Assembly (NCBI GenBank): GCA_965644495.1
Contig: CBFFSA010000003.1
Location: 558,001-622,000 of the forward strand
Length of the DNA stretch: 64,000 nt
From: Perkinsela sp. CCAP 1560/9
Lineage: Eukaryota; Protista; Euglenozoa: Kinetoplastea
Reading direction: 5' to 3'
Under the pieces are notes generated by a model. That model had not been told where the DNA came from, did no database searches, and worked only from the letters and a program-made list of their open reading frames with translations. The translations under genes were made by a program, and so were the position numbers. Below are positions 52,449-63,106 of this stretch, piece by piece. How positions within the stretch are numbered: the first letter of the stretch is position 1; the number at the start of each line of letters is the position of its first letter.

Positions 52449-54476
52449 ATGTTTTCCTCGAAGGATAAGCTTCCCCAAGCCATTGAAACTGCTTTGCGCA
52501 AAGAATTTAGGATTAAATCACTTTTTGCGATTCAAGACCTGACCTTGGACCACTTACACAACTGCGCAGTACAAGAACATTGTAGCGATATTTGCCTATC
52601 CTCTCCCACTGGATCTGGAAAAACATTGTGTTATGCACTCCCAATAGCAAAGTATCTCGGGAAACGATTCCAATATTACGTTCAGGCTGTAGTACTTCTA
52701 CCCACTAAGGATTTGGCTAATCAGACCTACCATGTGTTTATAAAACTTTGCGCTTCATTACCCATACGTGTTGCCCTCATAAACGGATTTCACCCACTGG
52801 AAGACGAAGGAGTGCTTCTCTCGGGGCATTCAGAGCATCCTTACCAGGGAGTGTCATCTAAAAAAATTAAAAATCATCCAGATCACCATAAACTATGGAA
52901 TCGAGTAAACGCCAATTTTCATGCTCATATTGTTATCGCCACTCCGCAACGGCTTCAAGAGCATTTGGAAATTATCCCTGATCTCTTACGTCGTACTCGA
53001 TTTTTGGTCTTTGACGAAGCTGACGCTCTCCTATCTTTCTCAAATGCTCTGGCGTTGCACGATATTGTTAAGTCCACAAATCGATTACCGCTCGCACCTC
53101 CTTTACACAAGGTTTTTTGTAGTGCTACGTTTAACGTACAACTAGCGTATGAATTTAACATTTATCCGGTAAATCCTTTTATGTTAGATAGTCCTTTATG
53201 TACTTCTACTCTAAGAACAGGTATTCACAAACAAAGCGATGCGCCAGCGCGCTGCAATTACGAAAAAATGGAGCCGCGTACACCCTGTTCAATGGAGCCC
53301 ACGGAAAATATAACGTCAAAAAAAGAAAACTTTGATGACGTGCATGTGCGTGATTCATTGGATCTAGTGCTCCCGCCCGAATTGATTGAGCATTTCATAG
53401 AAACTGATGAGGATGTCAAGATTAATACATTGTGTTCACTTTTGCTGGCACTAAAATGTGAACAGCAACACTTTGAGTCTGATTCACGTATCGAACGTAA
53501 GGAAACGCACTTTGCTCCTCTCGCGGCTGGAGATTTGCTAATTGTTTTTTGCTCTTCTAGAAGACGGTCTCATCGACTTCATTGCCTTCTGAGAATATTT
53601 GGATTTGCTAGCTGTGAATTTTCTCACCGCACTTCAAACCGAGATCGCGGCAAGCAACACTCTCTTCTTTCCGCTGACAAATTTCAGATAGTTCTTACGA
53701 CAGATTTGCTGAGTCGGGGAATTGATTTTGACCAGCGTGTACTATACGTTGTACATTATGACGTGCCTACAGATGCCAAAACGTACTTGCATCGCTGCGG
53801 GCGAACAGCTCGAGCGTTTCGATCCGGCTTTAGTATCACTCTCGTCGATAGCGCGGGGGTGGAGTTTCTCCAACAGTTACGATCATTACTTTTGCCCAGG
53901 CGGCCCATAATAATGCAAAACATACCAGATCTTCATGACACTTTCAGCATTGCCCTTTCCAAAGCGATGAACTATATGGCAGATATCTTAAGACAGGAAG
54001 AAGAGCACGTTTCAGATCGCAGCTCCCGCTCATGGTCAACCGTTCCGTTAGTAGATATAATGTCGGGTGAAACATATGATCGCACCACTCATCGCCATAT
54101 AACTTCTGCTTTCCCTCTTAGGGAAACAAGAGATCATGACAGCGTCGAATGGGCCGAGGACGTTCATTCCAACGCAACGGATCAGAAGTATGCAGGACTT
54201 CCCTGGATCTGTGAGCTCTGTAAGTATACGAATCTACCTCTTAATACCAGTTGTCATCGATGTAGAACCTTGAAGTCCTTTTATTCAAAAGAGTATCGAG
54301 GCTCGTTGACTGATATTGAACATGGAGGCATGTGGAAATGTAGAGAGTGTGGCATGCGGCATCAGCCTCGTGCTCTAATGTGCGACAATTGTCAAAGGCG
54401 TCGCCATCGAAATGACCCAGTCTTGTTCACCATTACGGCCAATAGAAAAGGCTTCACAAAAGAAGAGCATGCATGA
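52449..54476 (+). CDS. DEAD-box RNA helicase (Dbp6/DDX51-like) with two C-terminal RanBP2-type zinc fingers
   Basis: SPTGSGKT, LPTKDLA, DEAD, SAT, RGID, HRCGRTAR; WICELC..N....C..C and WKCREC....C..C. Confidence 0.9.
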   Translation: MFSSKDKLPQAIETALRKEFRIKSLFAIQDLTLDHLHNCAVQEHCSDICLSSPTGSGKTLCYALPIAKYLGKRFQYYVQAVVLLPTKDLANQTYHVFIKLCASLPIRVALINGFHPLEDEGVLLSGHSEHPYQGVSSKKIKNHPDHHKLWNRVNANFHAHIVIATPQRLQEHLEIIPDLLRRTRFLVFDEADALLSFSNALALHDIVKSTNRLPLAPPLHKVFCSATFNVQLAYEFNIYPVNPFMLDSPLCTSTLRTGIHKQSDAPARCNYEKMEPRTPCSMEPTENITSKKENFDDVHVRDSLDLVLPPELIEHFIETDEDVKINTLCSLLLALKCEQQHFESDSRIERKETHFAPLAAGDLLIVFCSSRRRSHRLHCLLRIFGFASCEFSHRTSNRDRGKQHSLLSADKFQIVLTTDLLSRGIDFDQRVLYVVHYDVPTDAKTYLHRCGRTARAFRSGFSITLVDSAGVEFLQQLRSLLLPRRPIIMQNIPDLHDTFSIALSKAMNYMADILRQEEEHVSDRSSRSWSTVPLVDIMSGETYDRTTHRHITSAFPLRETRDHDSVEWAEDVHSNATDQKYAGLPWICELCKYTNLPLNTSCHRCRTLKSFYSKEYRGSLTDIEHGGMWKCRECGMRHQPRALMCDNCQRRRHRNDPVLFTITANRKGFTKEEHA

Positions 54477-54748
54477 GTAAATACGTGAGATCTATACACT
54501 GTACAATACACGTTTATTGATCTATACAATCCGTTTCCTATTGACAGGCGTCGTGATGACACTAAGGAGAATAAGATGACTCCTTTTTAGCTTTGGAGTT
54601 TTCACTTTCAAAGTGTTGAATTTTTCATCAAAACACTATTTTCATTAAATACTGGAAAGGGGACAATAACCCCTTCCCCAAAGAAATGGCTTTAAGTTTA
54701 CTCATAAACGTACATACTTGTATATACTTGTCTTAACGTTTTCGGCAC

Positions 54749-55327
54749 ATGGAAACAGCAACGGGACTTTTTACATCGGGGTTTATTCACGTATACTCTC
54801 GAATCTTGGCAGAGTCTTTCTCTCGGAAAAGGAAAGCAAAGATCAATGGCGCTGCGATAAAGTTATGGAACAAACGGTGCGAACGTGTGCTGAAGCGATA
54901 CCCAACCGACCCACAACGCATTTACGAGACTCAACTTAATGCCCATGTCGGGAGAGTCAAAAACCCAACGGGTCCAAATTTCAATGTTATTGTAAAACAG
55001 CAACCGAAGTGGGATGAGCTGAGGCTGACCCAGCAAGAACCAATAATTCGTATATGTACCAGAAATGAACATGCAAGACAAAAGTTTTTTGAACAAATGG
55101 CTTCGCTTTCGCGAACCCCGTTTCAAGCTTTTCAAATGCATGCAAACAGAATAAAACTTTTCGCTTTCCCGCCGAATCAAGCGATGTACAGAGCTCTTCC
55201 GTTAGCAGACAAGTTGTATTACGCCCGTGTTGCTCAAAAAGAGAGATCTCGTGCATCAACTTATTTCTACAAATTTGATGCCTCTCTTTCTAACCAAGTA
55301 ATGCTAATTCCTTCCGGTAAGAAATAG
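54749..55327 (+). CDS. Basic protein, possibly HMG-box-like kinetoplast-associated (KAP-type)
   Basis: RTPFQAF...MYRALPLADKLYYARVAQ resembles a degenerate HMG box. Confidence 0.55.
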   Translation: METATGLFTSGFIHVYSRILAESFSRKRKAKINGAAIKLWNKRCERVLKRYPTDPQRIYETQLNAHVGRVKNPTGPNFNVIVKQQPKWDELRLTQQEPIIRICTRNEHARQKFFEQMASLSRTPFQAFQMHANRIKLFAFPPNQAMYRALPLADKLYYARVAQKERSRASTYFYKFDASLSNQVMLIPSGKK

Positions 55328-55783
55328 GTCTCGATAAGATATTTCAATAAGACTTAAAATCTTAAAATAAGACTTAAAATCTTTTATTTTATCAATGAAG
55401 GCCATCCAACGACGACTGATCTATGCAACCACAGAACGTTTTTGTAATTCTATTTAGATGTCCGTTAACTTTGAGAAAGGTGTATAGAGGAAATAGTTAA
55501 AATGTTTACTTAAGGGAACAGCGTAATTTATCTAATGGTCCTGAACATGAAGTAAGATCTAAGTTAGATATTGCTTGTTAGATCATTTTTTGATAGTCAT
55601 GCACTAAAAGTGCAGAGATTAATCTTGTTAGATCATCTAGCAAGAGTAAAAGGGGCAATATATAGATTATGTAGACTCACTTTTTCATCAATCCTCGATT
55701 TTGCAAATTTCATTATAACGGACATTCTTGACCTCTTTCTACATGAATCAAGGTTCATTTTCTTTTGATGCTAATTTTATTTA

Positions 55784-56146
55784 ATGAGCACACCAGCCCC
55801 TAACCGTCCATCACCAAAGGCTCCAGAACTCGGCGCTTTTCCCTTAGACCACCTTCGAGAGTGTAAGTCAGAGATCGCGGAATACTATCGTTGCCTTGAA
55901 GCCGAAGAATTTCTAGCCCCCAAGTGTCGTGAATTTGTCACAAAATACTTAACGTGTCGCATGGAGCGTGGTTTGATGGCGAAACAAGATATGAAAAAAT
56001 TTGGCATTCCTAAGACAAATTTCGTGGAAACACGTGCTGAACAGAAAACTGCGTTATCCACTTCTCATCGTACTGGCGTAACGCATGTTCCTGTTGGAGT
56101 AAACAATTATAATCTACAAGGAAACGACGGATATGAAGTTGAGTGA
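55784..56146 (+). CDS. COX19: Cytochrome c oxidase assembly factor Cox19 (twin CX9C)
   Basis: PELGAFPLDHLREC..YYRCL...CR...YLTCRMERGLM. Confidence 0.92.
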   Translation: MSTPAPNRPSPKAPELGAFPLDHLRECKSEIAEYYRCLEAEEFLAPKCREFVTKYLTCRMERGLMAKQDMKKFGIPKTNFVETRAEQKTALSTSHRTGVTHVPVGVNNYNLQGNDGYEVE

Positions 56147-56600
56147 ATTCATTAGCATAAGTGTTTGGGTCGAATACACCACCTTTTGCTACAAGATTTC
56201 CGTTCTTTTCCATTTTGATATAACGTGAAAAGTTGGACAAGAAGGTAAAGCTCACCGTACTAAAGGTGCGCACAGTACGCCGAAGTCTGTGTACACACTG
56301 CTGCTTGCGCAAGGCGAATTTTCGAAGCCTCCCCGCACAGCTTTTGTGTCCCATCTCGTATGGGAATTTGTGGTCTCTATATTTAGAGCTGTACTATGAT
56401 CATACTGAAGACAGAACAACTAGGCTTACGTTGGGTATTTAGATCTTGATTTTTCTTTTTCGTTAGAAGTAAGAGAATTTTGTAAATTCTCCAAGACTGC
56501 AAATTAGAAACCCAGAAAGGTTAGGCTTAAGCTTAACATATTAGAAGTAAAAATCCGGCACACGTATTTCCGTAGTTTTCGTAATCACTATACATAACGT

Positions 56601-57527
56601 ATGTCGCAGCGTCCGCGCTCCACTGGGAAAGCTATGTTTGCCGCCAAGCGGCGGAAGGTGCATCCGATACCATGTGCTCCTATTTTTACTCCTGGCCTTC
56701 TTCGAGTAGGGCACTCAAAGAATCCTCTTCAGCAGAAGCAAAACAAGTACGTTGCCGGAGGCCAGGCAGCTCAAGAGCAAACCGACACCCCGCCGCGTCT
56801 TGAGGGCAAAGTCTCAAAAATTAAGTTCGAATCTGAAGAAGATGCGCAATTTCACGCTTTCACAGACTTCATTGAGGGGCGGAGACTAGGAGACATTCTT
56901 AGTGCCCGTAAATTTCAAAAGTTTTACGACACCTGCGCTGCACAAGATGAAGTTATTGTTTGGCTTTGTATGACTGCCATGGCTGTACTAAATCCGGGTG
57001 ACATGCAGTCGCGCTTACTTTATCAGCATTTAAGCGCTCTCATGAAGGCCGTGGCCCTTAAGGAAATGCATCCTCGAACAGCATTCTACTTTTATGAAAA
57101 TGCAATTAAAAGTCCTGCGTTTCGACAATTTTCAGAAAGGCAGCTGGAGAATGGAGCGCGCACCCGACTTTTGGGAATTTGCGCCGCAGCGGATGCGATG
57201 CGCGAGGCAAATTTATGTAGACGACCTATGCAACCCTACTTCGAGTTATACCAGCGGATCTCTGAAAGGAGCGAGTTTTTTACCCCATGGGGGTTTCCTC
57301 CATTGTACCAATTTGATGATCGACTGCAACTCATGCAACGACTTCGCCCCTTCTCTCGTGTGCACCGCATGAGAAGTGAAATAGCGCGCCGCAAAATTAA
57401 AGATATGCATGGAACATGGAGGAAATATTTTTCACATCGTATCTTTTGGATCCCTCCTTTGTATATATTCACGCGCACGTGGCAAGGCCCTTTTTACACT
57501 TTTTTCAAAGGTGTAATTCCTGATTAA
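56601..57527 (+). CDS. Hypothetical basic protein (possibly mitochondrial/mitoribosome-associated)
   Basis: 308-aa ORF, R/K/aromatic-rich composition; no family recognised. Confidence 0.7.
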   Translation: MSQRPRSTGKAMFAAKRRKVHPIPCAPIFTPGLLRVGHSKNPLQQKQNKYVAGGQAAQEQTDTPPRLEGKVSKIKFESEEDAQFHAFTDFIEGRRLGDILSARKFQKFYDTCAAQDEVIVWLCMTAMAVLNPGDMQSRLLYQHLSALMKAVALKEMHPRTAFYFYENAIKSPAFRQFSERQLENGARTRLLGICAAADAMREANLCRRPMQPYFELYQRISERSEFFTPWGFPPLYQFDDRLQLMQRLRPFSRVHRMRSEIARRKIKDMHGTWRKYFSHRIFWIPPLYIFTRTWQGPFYTFFKGVIPD

Positions 57528-57882
57528 AAACGTATCGCATCAACGTTTCTACCATAGTTCGGGCCTTTTAATCTCCAAGTTCGATTAAAGTCTGGTTAAA
57601 AGCTGTACACTTACATCAACACTCTTTTTTTCATGAGATTCGTAGATATATTTTGTATGTTACAAGAGAGGAAACAGTTGTCAATATTCCTAGCTTAAGA
57701 AAACGATGTACAAGAGATGTAGTAGAGATGTAGTACAAGAGAGTAAGAGAACGTTCTTCTACTCTGCCTTCACGTCAACCAGTACGTGAATGCAGCGTGT
57801 TGGTACAGACTTGTAAGACTTTACGTTATTTTCCTGCATATACGTCAAATAAGCATTCCTTCTATTCTGTTCCTTTCTTCAG

Positions 57883-59730
57883 ATGTGCTCCCTTCGTCAA
57901 GATCAGGTCGAATACCTACAGAATTGTAGTAATATTTTGTCTAATCATTGCTTCGACGATGTGGACGAAAAGAATTCTTTTGTCGATGGCGTTCTCGTAG
58001 AGCTACTTCGGAATTTAAGAGAGAACAAACTCTACTTCAGTCACAAAAGTGTTACACAAACCTTAGAACAGATAATATCTAGTGGTCTCTCGTCTTCTCA
58101 GGAAAGCTCTATATTTGTTGCATTAGCAGGTCTGTGGGGAATTCTTTCTGAGCGTCCGGTGGCCTCCTTTGCACTTGAAGCCCTTGTCAGGCATTGCTCT
58201 GAACGAAACAATATTATTGCTGTCGCAAAAGAGGTCATCATAAATGAGCCAAAACTGAATCTTGCCTGGACGAGGTGCGGCAGTTACATTCTTCGCGCAA
58301 TCTTACAAAAAATGCGCTCCATGTTTAAAGATGAAACAAATGTAAGTGATGAAAATATTAGCATCACCGACTCTTGGTTTAAATGCGTCGAAGTGGTTCT
58401 TGCGCGACTTTCTGCTAAACGATCCATGTGGCAAAACCGTTACAGTGGACCTTTGCTCTGTGTTTTCATCGAGCTACAGACGTCTCCAAAACCTACACAA
58501 ACAATGTCTCGAATATTGTTAGAGCACATTTCTACAGGAGGGTTACCGCCATTAATTGAGCTCGCTACCCACCCAATCAGCAGCCATATAGTGGAGTTAC
58601 TTCTACAAAGACACTATTTGACTTTTCTAACCGCTTTTTCGGATCATGGGCGAGTAACTCTAGAAAACGGTAGCGAAAATAGTAGCATACAAACTAAAGA
58701 TATGTCCGATGATAATGTCATTATTAAAAGTATGCAGAGAGGCATGTTAGCAAGGCTTGCATTGAATGACGCAGGAATGCGCGTGCTCGCGGCAATTATC
58801 AGAGGAGCTCCCACAGAAAGAGTAGTTAAACGACTATGGAGAGCCGGTATTTCTCCCCATGTCTCAAGCATGCTCGCAAATCGAAACTTTGCCCCAATCC
58901 TTGAGCTTTTTCGTCGCCGCGATTTTCTTCTCAACATATATCGAGTGATTGGTTTATTAAATGACGTGGATGAGAAAACTATTTCAGACCTGCAAGAAGA
59001 AAGGTCTCGACAAGAATCGGACACAAAGTTGATATCTAACGAAGATCACCCAACGGGAGACTTGCAACGTCTCCATAACTCCGTTGCACCGGAGTCAATA
59101 AAAATCGGCGTATCAGGATCCTCTGGCAGTTGGTTTGGACCTTTGCACAAACTACTGACCTCATCGATTTTTCATGGGAAGAAAGGTCAAAGCTTTGGGG
59201 TGCAGTTTGTGCAGGCAATTATCGACAACCTTAGCGAAAAATGTAGAGAATGCGATTCAAACGCAACGTATGAGGAGCTCGTTACATTGATTACAAATGA
59301 TTTCAATCACGTACCGAGTGAGGTACTCCGTCATCTGGCTCTTCAGGCTGACGGTTCGCGCTTGCTACAGACCTACCTAGCTTTCTTAAGAAATATTTCT
59401 TCTTTGCCACAGAGGGAAGCTAGTAGTATCCCGCGAAACGAAATGATCGAACGATTCATACGTCGCTTCCGTAGTATGCTACCAACCCTAGCACAAGACA
59501 CCTACGGGAGTCACTTTCTGGAGTCAGTGCTTAACCACTATTCCATGAAAAGGCCAAAATGGGTGGACCACCAACTTCTTACAGCAAAGGTAATACAAGC
59601 TTTGCGCCAGTCGAAGTCCGGTAGGATCATGATTCAAAAATATAATTTAGAAACAGAACAACGTAACCGGCTACGAAAAAGGGAGAGACCTTTATCTGCG
59701 ACTACGGGAAAAAATAAGAGAAACATATAA
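57883..59730 (+). CDS. NOP9: Nop9-like Pumilio-repeat protein
   Basis: Repeats LATHPISSHIVE, LALQADGSRLLQ, LAQDTYGSHFLE, L..SKSGR. Confidence 0.78.
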   Translation: MCSLRQDQVEYLQNCSNILSNHCFDDVDEKNSFVDGVLVELLRNLRENKLYFSHKSVTQTLEQIISSGLSSSQESSIFVALAGLWGILSERPVASFALEALVRHCSERNNIIAVAKEVIINEPKLNLAWTRCGSYILRAILQKMRSMFKDETNVSDENISITDSWFKCVEVVLARLSAKRSMWQNRYSGPLLCVFIELQTSPKPTQTMSRILLEHISTGGLPPLIELATHPISSHIVELLLQRHYLTFLTAFSDHGRVTLENGSENSSIQTKDMSDDNVIIKSMQRGMLARLALNDAGMRVLAAIIRGAPTERVVKRLWRAGISPHVSSMLANRNFAPILELFRRRDFLLNIYRVIGLLNDVDEKTISDLQEERSRQESDTKLISNEDHPTGDLQRLHNSVAPESIKIGVSGSSGSWFGPLHKLLTSSIFHGKKGQSFGVQFVQAIIDNLSEKCRECDSNATYEELVTLITNDFNHVPSEVLRHLALQADGSRLLQTYLAFLRNISSLPQREASSIPRNEMIERFIRRFRSMLPTLAQDTYGSHFLESVLNHYSMKRPKWVDHQLLTAKVIQALRQSKSGRIMIQKYNLETEQRNRLRKRERPLSATTGKNKRNI

Positions 59731-59907
59731 ATCCCACTGCACGTCTGATTTATTTTTTCATGGAGTCTGATGATACGATTTTGCTTTCCTTGCAAAAAAA
59801 GAATGTAATCTACAATGTAAGCTGAAAAACGTTTTCGAAGCACAATTCCGTATTTTCATAGGTTTTTGTAGTCAGTTTATTTTGTTTATAGTTTTCTTTT
59901 TTTGGCT

Positions 59908-60702
59908 ATGACGTCCGCTGAAGACGGAAATGGTAACCCTCCTGCCTATCGGCAAGAGCTCGCCATTCAGGCCCACATCCTCCGATGGTTTCGTCAGCGT
60001 AAGATGCATGATCTGGCGCGAGCGTGCGTAGCGGAGTTCTACACAGAAGCTGTACAAAGAGCAAACGTCCTGTCTCACTCGCTGGAGGATATTGTCTGTC
60101 ACACGCTGCTTCGAATATCCTACAGTGGAGAGCTACAGCGCCAGCGCAATCGTTCCGGAGCGAGGTTCAAAAAACGAAAACTGGCACGTACTTCTTCTGA
60201 CAATTCCGAAAGGTTAGCGAATGAAAGCCGAAGAAGTATAAACCAAGAGAACGAGTCGGTAGTAACGCAGCCCGAGTCGGCTGCACTTGAGCAAGAAGTG
60301 AAGACAATGCCTCAATCGAAACGAAGGAAACATTCTAAAGAGATCCATGGTGTGACAGCTGTAGTATCCGAAAGCGAAATCGTGCCAGACATCATGCCAA
60401 GTACTGCACCCCATAGGGAGTTGCTTCCCCAGGCGAATCCGAGTCAAAAAGTTGAGAAACCTCAAGAACAAGCCACATACAACGCAGCCAATTTAGTTTC
60501 TACTAAAAGCATTCCTGAGCGCCCGAAATCGGAATCACGAGGCCATGATTTCCATTCTGAAGCTCAAGCAGCAAGAGAGCGAGCGCGACCTCCGCATTCT
60601 CAAATGCAAGATAATAAAGCACATGAAATTTCTCAACGACAACATCTCTCTCTTAAAGCGATGGAAGCTATGCTTGACAGTGCCTCCGACGATTCAGATT
60701 AA
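59908..60702 (+). CDS. Hypothetical protein
   Basis: ORF following a polypyrimidine tract; basic NLS-like segments. Confidence 0.65.
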   Translation: MTSAEDGNGNPPAYRQELAIQAHILRWFRQRKMHDLARACVAEFYTEAVQRANVLSHSLEDIVCHTLLRISYSGELQRQRNRSGARFKKRKLARTSSDNSERLANESRRSINQENESVVTQPESAALEQEVKTMPQSKRRKHSKEIHGVTAVVSESEIVPDIMPSTAPHRELLPQANPSQKVEKPQEQATYNAANLVSTKSIPERPKSESRGHDFHSEAQAARERARPPHSQMQDNKAHEISQRQHLSLKAMEAMLDSASDDSD

Positions 60703-60945
60703 TTTTCTCCATTAAAGCATGAAATACAGGGTTTTTTAAAACCCAACTAATACTTATTTTCTCATCTATGGGCAACGTTTCATTCGGATAATAAAATTTC
60801 ATTTGGATTTATTTCAACAAATCCTTACGTTTCCCTCTATTTCTTCAGAAACCAGGAAAATCCAATGAAGCTAACCATTCGTAAGTTGTTTTTATCATGC
60901 AATACTGGAATATCGATTTTAAACTACTAACCACACGATTCATTG

Positions 60946-61386
60946 ATGCTTACGAGCACTGAGGGTCAAATTAAAGCGACGCAAGCTTCTGCTTTAACGT
61001 ATCGCAGTGGTATGAACTATGGATGTGACATCGTCATTTACGATGATCGAAATGGAAATATGGCCGCCGAAGAAATCTCATCGAAGCGACCTCATGGTAA
61101 ATTTTGCGTACATGTGATTCCACAAAAAACAGGGTCAGAGAGCGCATTTTTATCGTCCGCACTGGTGGGCATGGTGCGGGCGACACATCTCGCAGGAAAA
61201 CAAACGTTGCTTTGTTCCACCATAACGGCAAAAAAAGATATCCAAGAGAAAGATTCTCGTAACTCCAATTTTTGTTTACGTTGCGCAGAACGTACAGTGT
61301 TGCCCAAACTCAATACTTGTATTCACTGTACGCAATTTATACGTGTTAGATGGTTGTGTACTCCCTTTTCTCAAGACGGTGATTAA
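60946..61386 (+). CDS. tRNA-intron endonuclease catalytic subunit (Sen2/Sen34-like), short
   Basis: YRSGMNYGCDIVIY ... PHGKFCV ... VRATHLAGKQTLL (Y/H/K triad pattern). Confidence 0.75.
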   Translation: MLTSTEGQIKATQASALTYRSGMNYGCDIVIYDDRNGNMAAEEISSKRPHGKFCVHVIPQKTGSESAFLSSALVGMVRATHLAGKQTLLCSTITAKKDIQEKDSRNSNFCLRCAERTVLPKLNTCIHCTQFIRVRWLCTPFSQDGD

Positions 61387-61449
61387 ATCCAAGAATTTGA
61401 GTTGTTCATTGCGGCGCTTATTCAATACTTTACAACTTCCATTTCTAAA

Positions 61450-62802
61450 ATGCCTGCACTTACACTACATGATGGCTTTTGCGCACAAAGTGTCGCCTTT
61501 TCCCCGTGGGATGAAACTGCCTTTGTTGTATGTGCGGGCCAAGATTCGTCTTTCACTCCTTCAGGAGCAGTGTACGTTGCGTCTTTGTCCTTTGGCAGCT
61601 CTGATACAATCACACAAGTGAAGGCAGAGGAAGGCATCCAGCTACTTTCCCGTGCCCTCGACGTTAGCTTCTCAGAAACCGACTCCGCACTAACCTACAT
61701 CGCCAGCGGACAAGACATTACCATTCTTTCCCACAAACCCCACACTACCTCGAGAACACACACAAATCTCAAACAAACCCTTCGTGCTCACCATGACCCC
61801 GTCACGGTCGTACAATGCAACACTCTCACCAACGACCGCTTCCTCACAGCCTCCTCAGGTGGAGAAATAAAACTATGGAGCACGACACGGAATTGGCAAC
61901 CTCTCTGTACCCTAACCCCCCCGTCCACTACCACTCCTCCTCCTCATACGACTCCTCCAGCAGTTACCGATGCCACGTGGTCGACCCACGACCCCACACA
62001 ACTCTGTAGCGTTACCCTGGACGGGTGTCTCCATCTATGGGACACCCGTCTCTCGCCTACCTCCCCCAGCTGCTCTACGGCTTCGGTGGGCTCCGGTGAC
62101 CACAACGACAACAACAACGGCAGCAATAAGGGGAAGCCGTTGTTTGCCGTAGACGGGAACCCCTACGACCCCCACGTGGTCGTCACCGCGGCGGGAGATG
62201 CCTGTGTGTATCTCTGGGATCTCCGCAAGCTGCGGCAGCCCGTGGTGGTTCTGGCCAATGGCCACCACGCCGCGGTACGGGACGTGAGGTTCTCCCCCCA
62301 CAGCCGTACCGAGCTGGTGAGTGCCGGGGAGGACGGGGTGGTGTGTCACTGGGGGTTGAACCGACCCCCGCCGGGGGGGGCGGAGGGGGGGGCGTTGGGG
62401 CTAGTGGCACGGTACCGGCACCATGGCCGTAAGGAGCCGGTGGTGGGGGTGGACTGGAGCCGGTTTCGCCCCGGGGTGTTGTGTAGTGCAGGGGGGAGGG
62501 GGAGGGTGTTTGTGTGGCGTTTGGGGAGACCCGCGGGGGAGGGGGAGAGTGGGGGTGGGGGGTTGCCAGCATTGAGGATGGTGGAGCCTGTGGAACCGGA
62601 GGGGAAGCCGGGGGGTGAAGGCAAAGGAAGTGTTTTTTGCAAAGAAGGACGTACGGATAGGGTGAATGGTTCGTTGTGTTCTGGGACGGGAACCTATCCG
62701 CGTCCAACCACTCAACCTCCGGCCGCTCCAATACCAAGTTCACGCCCTCCGGCGCCTCCAATACCGAATACACGGCCTCCAGCACGGGCGGGTATATTTT
62801 AA
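61450..62802 (+). CDS. PEX7: PTS2 receptor PEX7 (WD40)
   Basis: GFCAQSVAFSPW, GHHAAVRDVRFSPH, HH...PVVGVDWS. Confidence 0.8.
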   Translation: MPALTLHDGFCAQSVAFSPWDETAFVVCAGQDSSFTPSGAVYVASLSFGSSDTITQVKAEEGIQLLSRALDVSFSETDSALTYIASGQDITILSHKPHTTSRTHTNLKQTLRAHHDPVTVVQCNTLTNDRFLTASSGGEIKLWSTTRNWQPLCTLTPPSTTTPPPHTTPPAVTDATWSTHDPTQLCSVTLDGCLHLWDTRLSPTSPSCSTASVGSGDHNDNNNGSNKGKPLFAVDGNPYDPHVVVTAAGDACVYLWDLRKLRQPVVVLANGHHAAVRDVRFSPHSRTELVSAGEDGVVCHWGLNRPPPGGAEGGALGLVARYRHHGRKEPVVGVDWSRFRPGVLCSAGGRGRVFVWRLGRPAGEGESGGGGLPALRMVEPVEPEGKPGGEGKGSVFCKEGRTDRVNGSLCSGTGTYPRPTTQPPAAPIPSSRPPAPPIPNTRPPARAGIF

Positions 62803-63106
62803 ATGTTTTCAATGCGTGAAGTGGGAGTACATGAGCCGAGCTACATAGTTAAAGTTACGCAACTGAATTTCTAGTGCAATGTGTATTCGTGTGAAAATTT
62901 ATTCGTAAAAATGTAGTGCGTGTAAAGTTACTTCATTTATCAAGTTCTTCACAGTTAATCAAATAGATTTTTCGATATTTGTGACGCTTTTCAAGTTGAC
63001 AATAGAGTTCTATTTTATGAAACCTGATCTGCGCCTAAAAACTGCACGGTGTTTGCAGCTTGTACTGAGGGTGAGGCAGTGAACAGTCGATTTAACGAAG
63101 CGGGAT

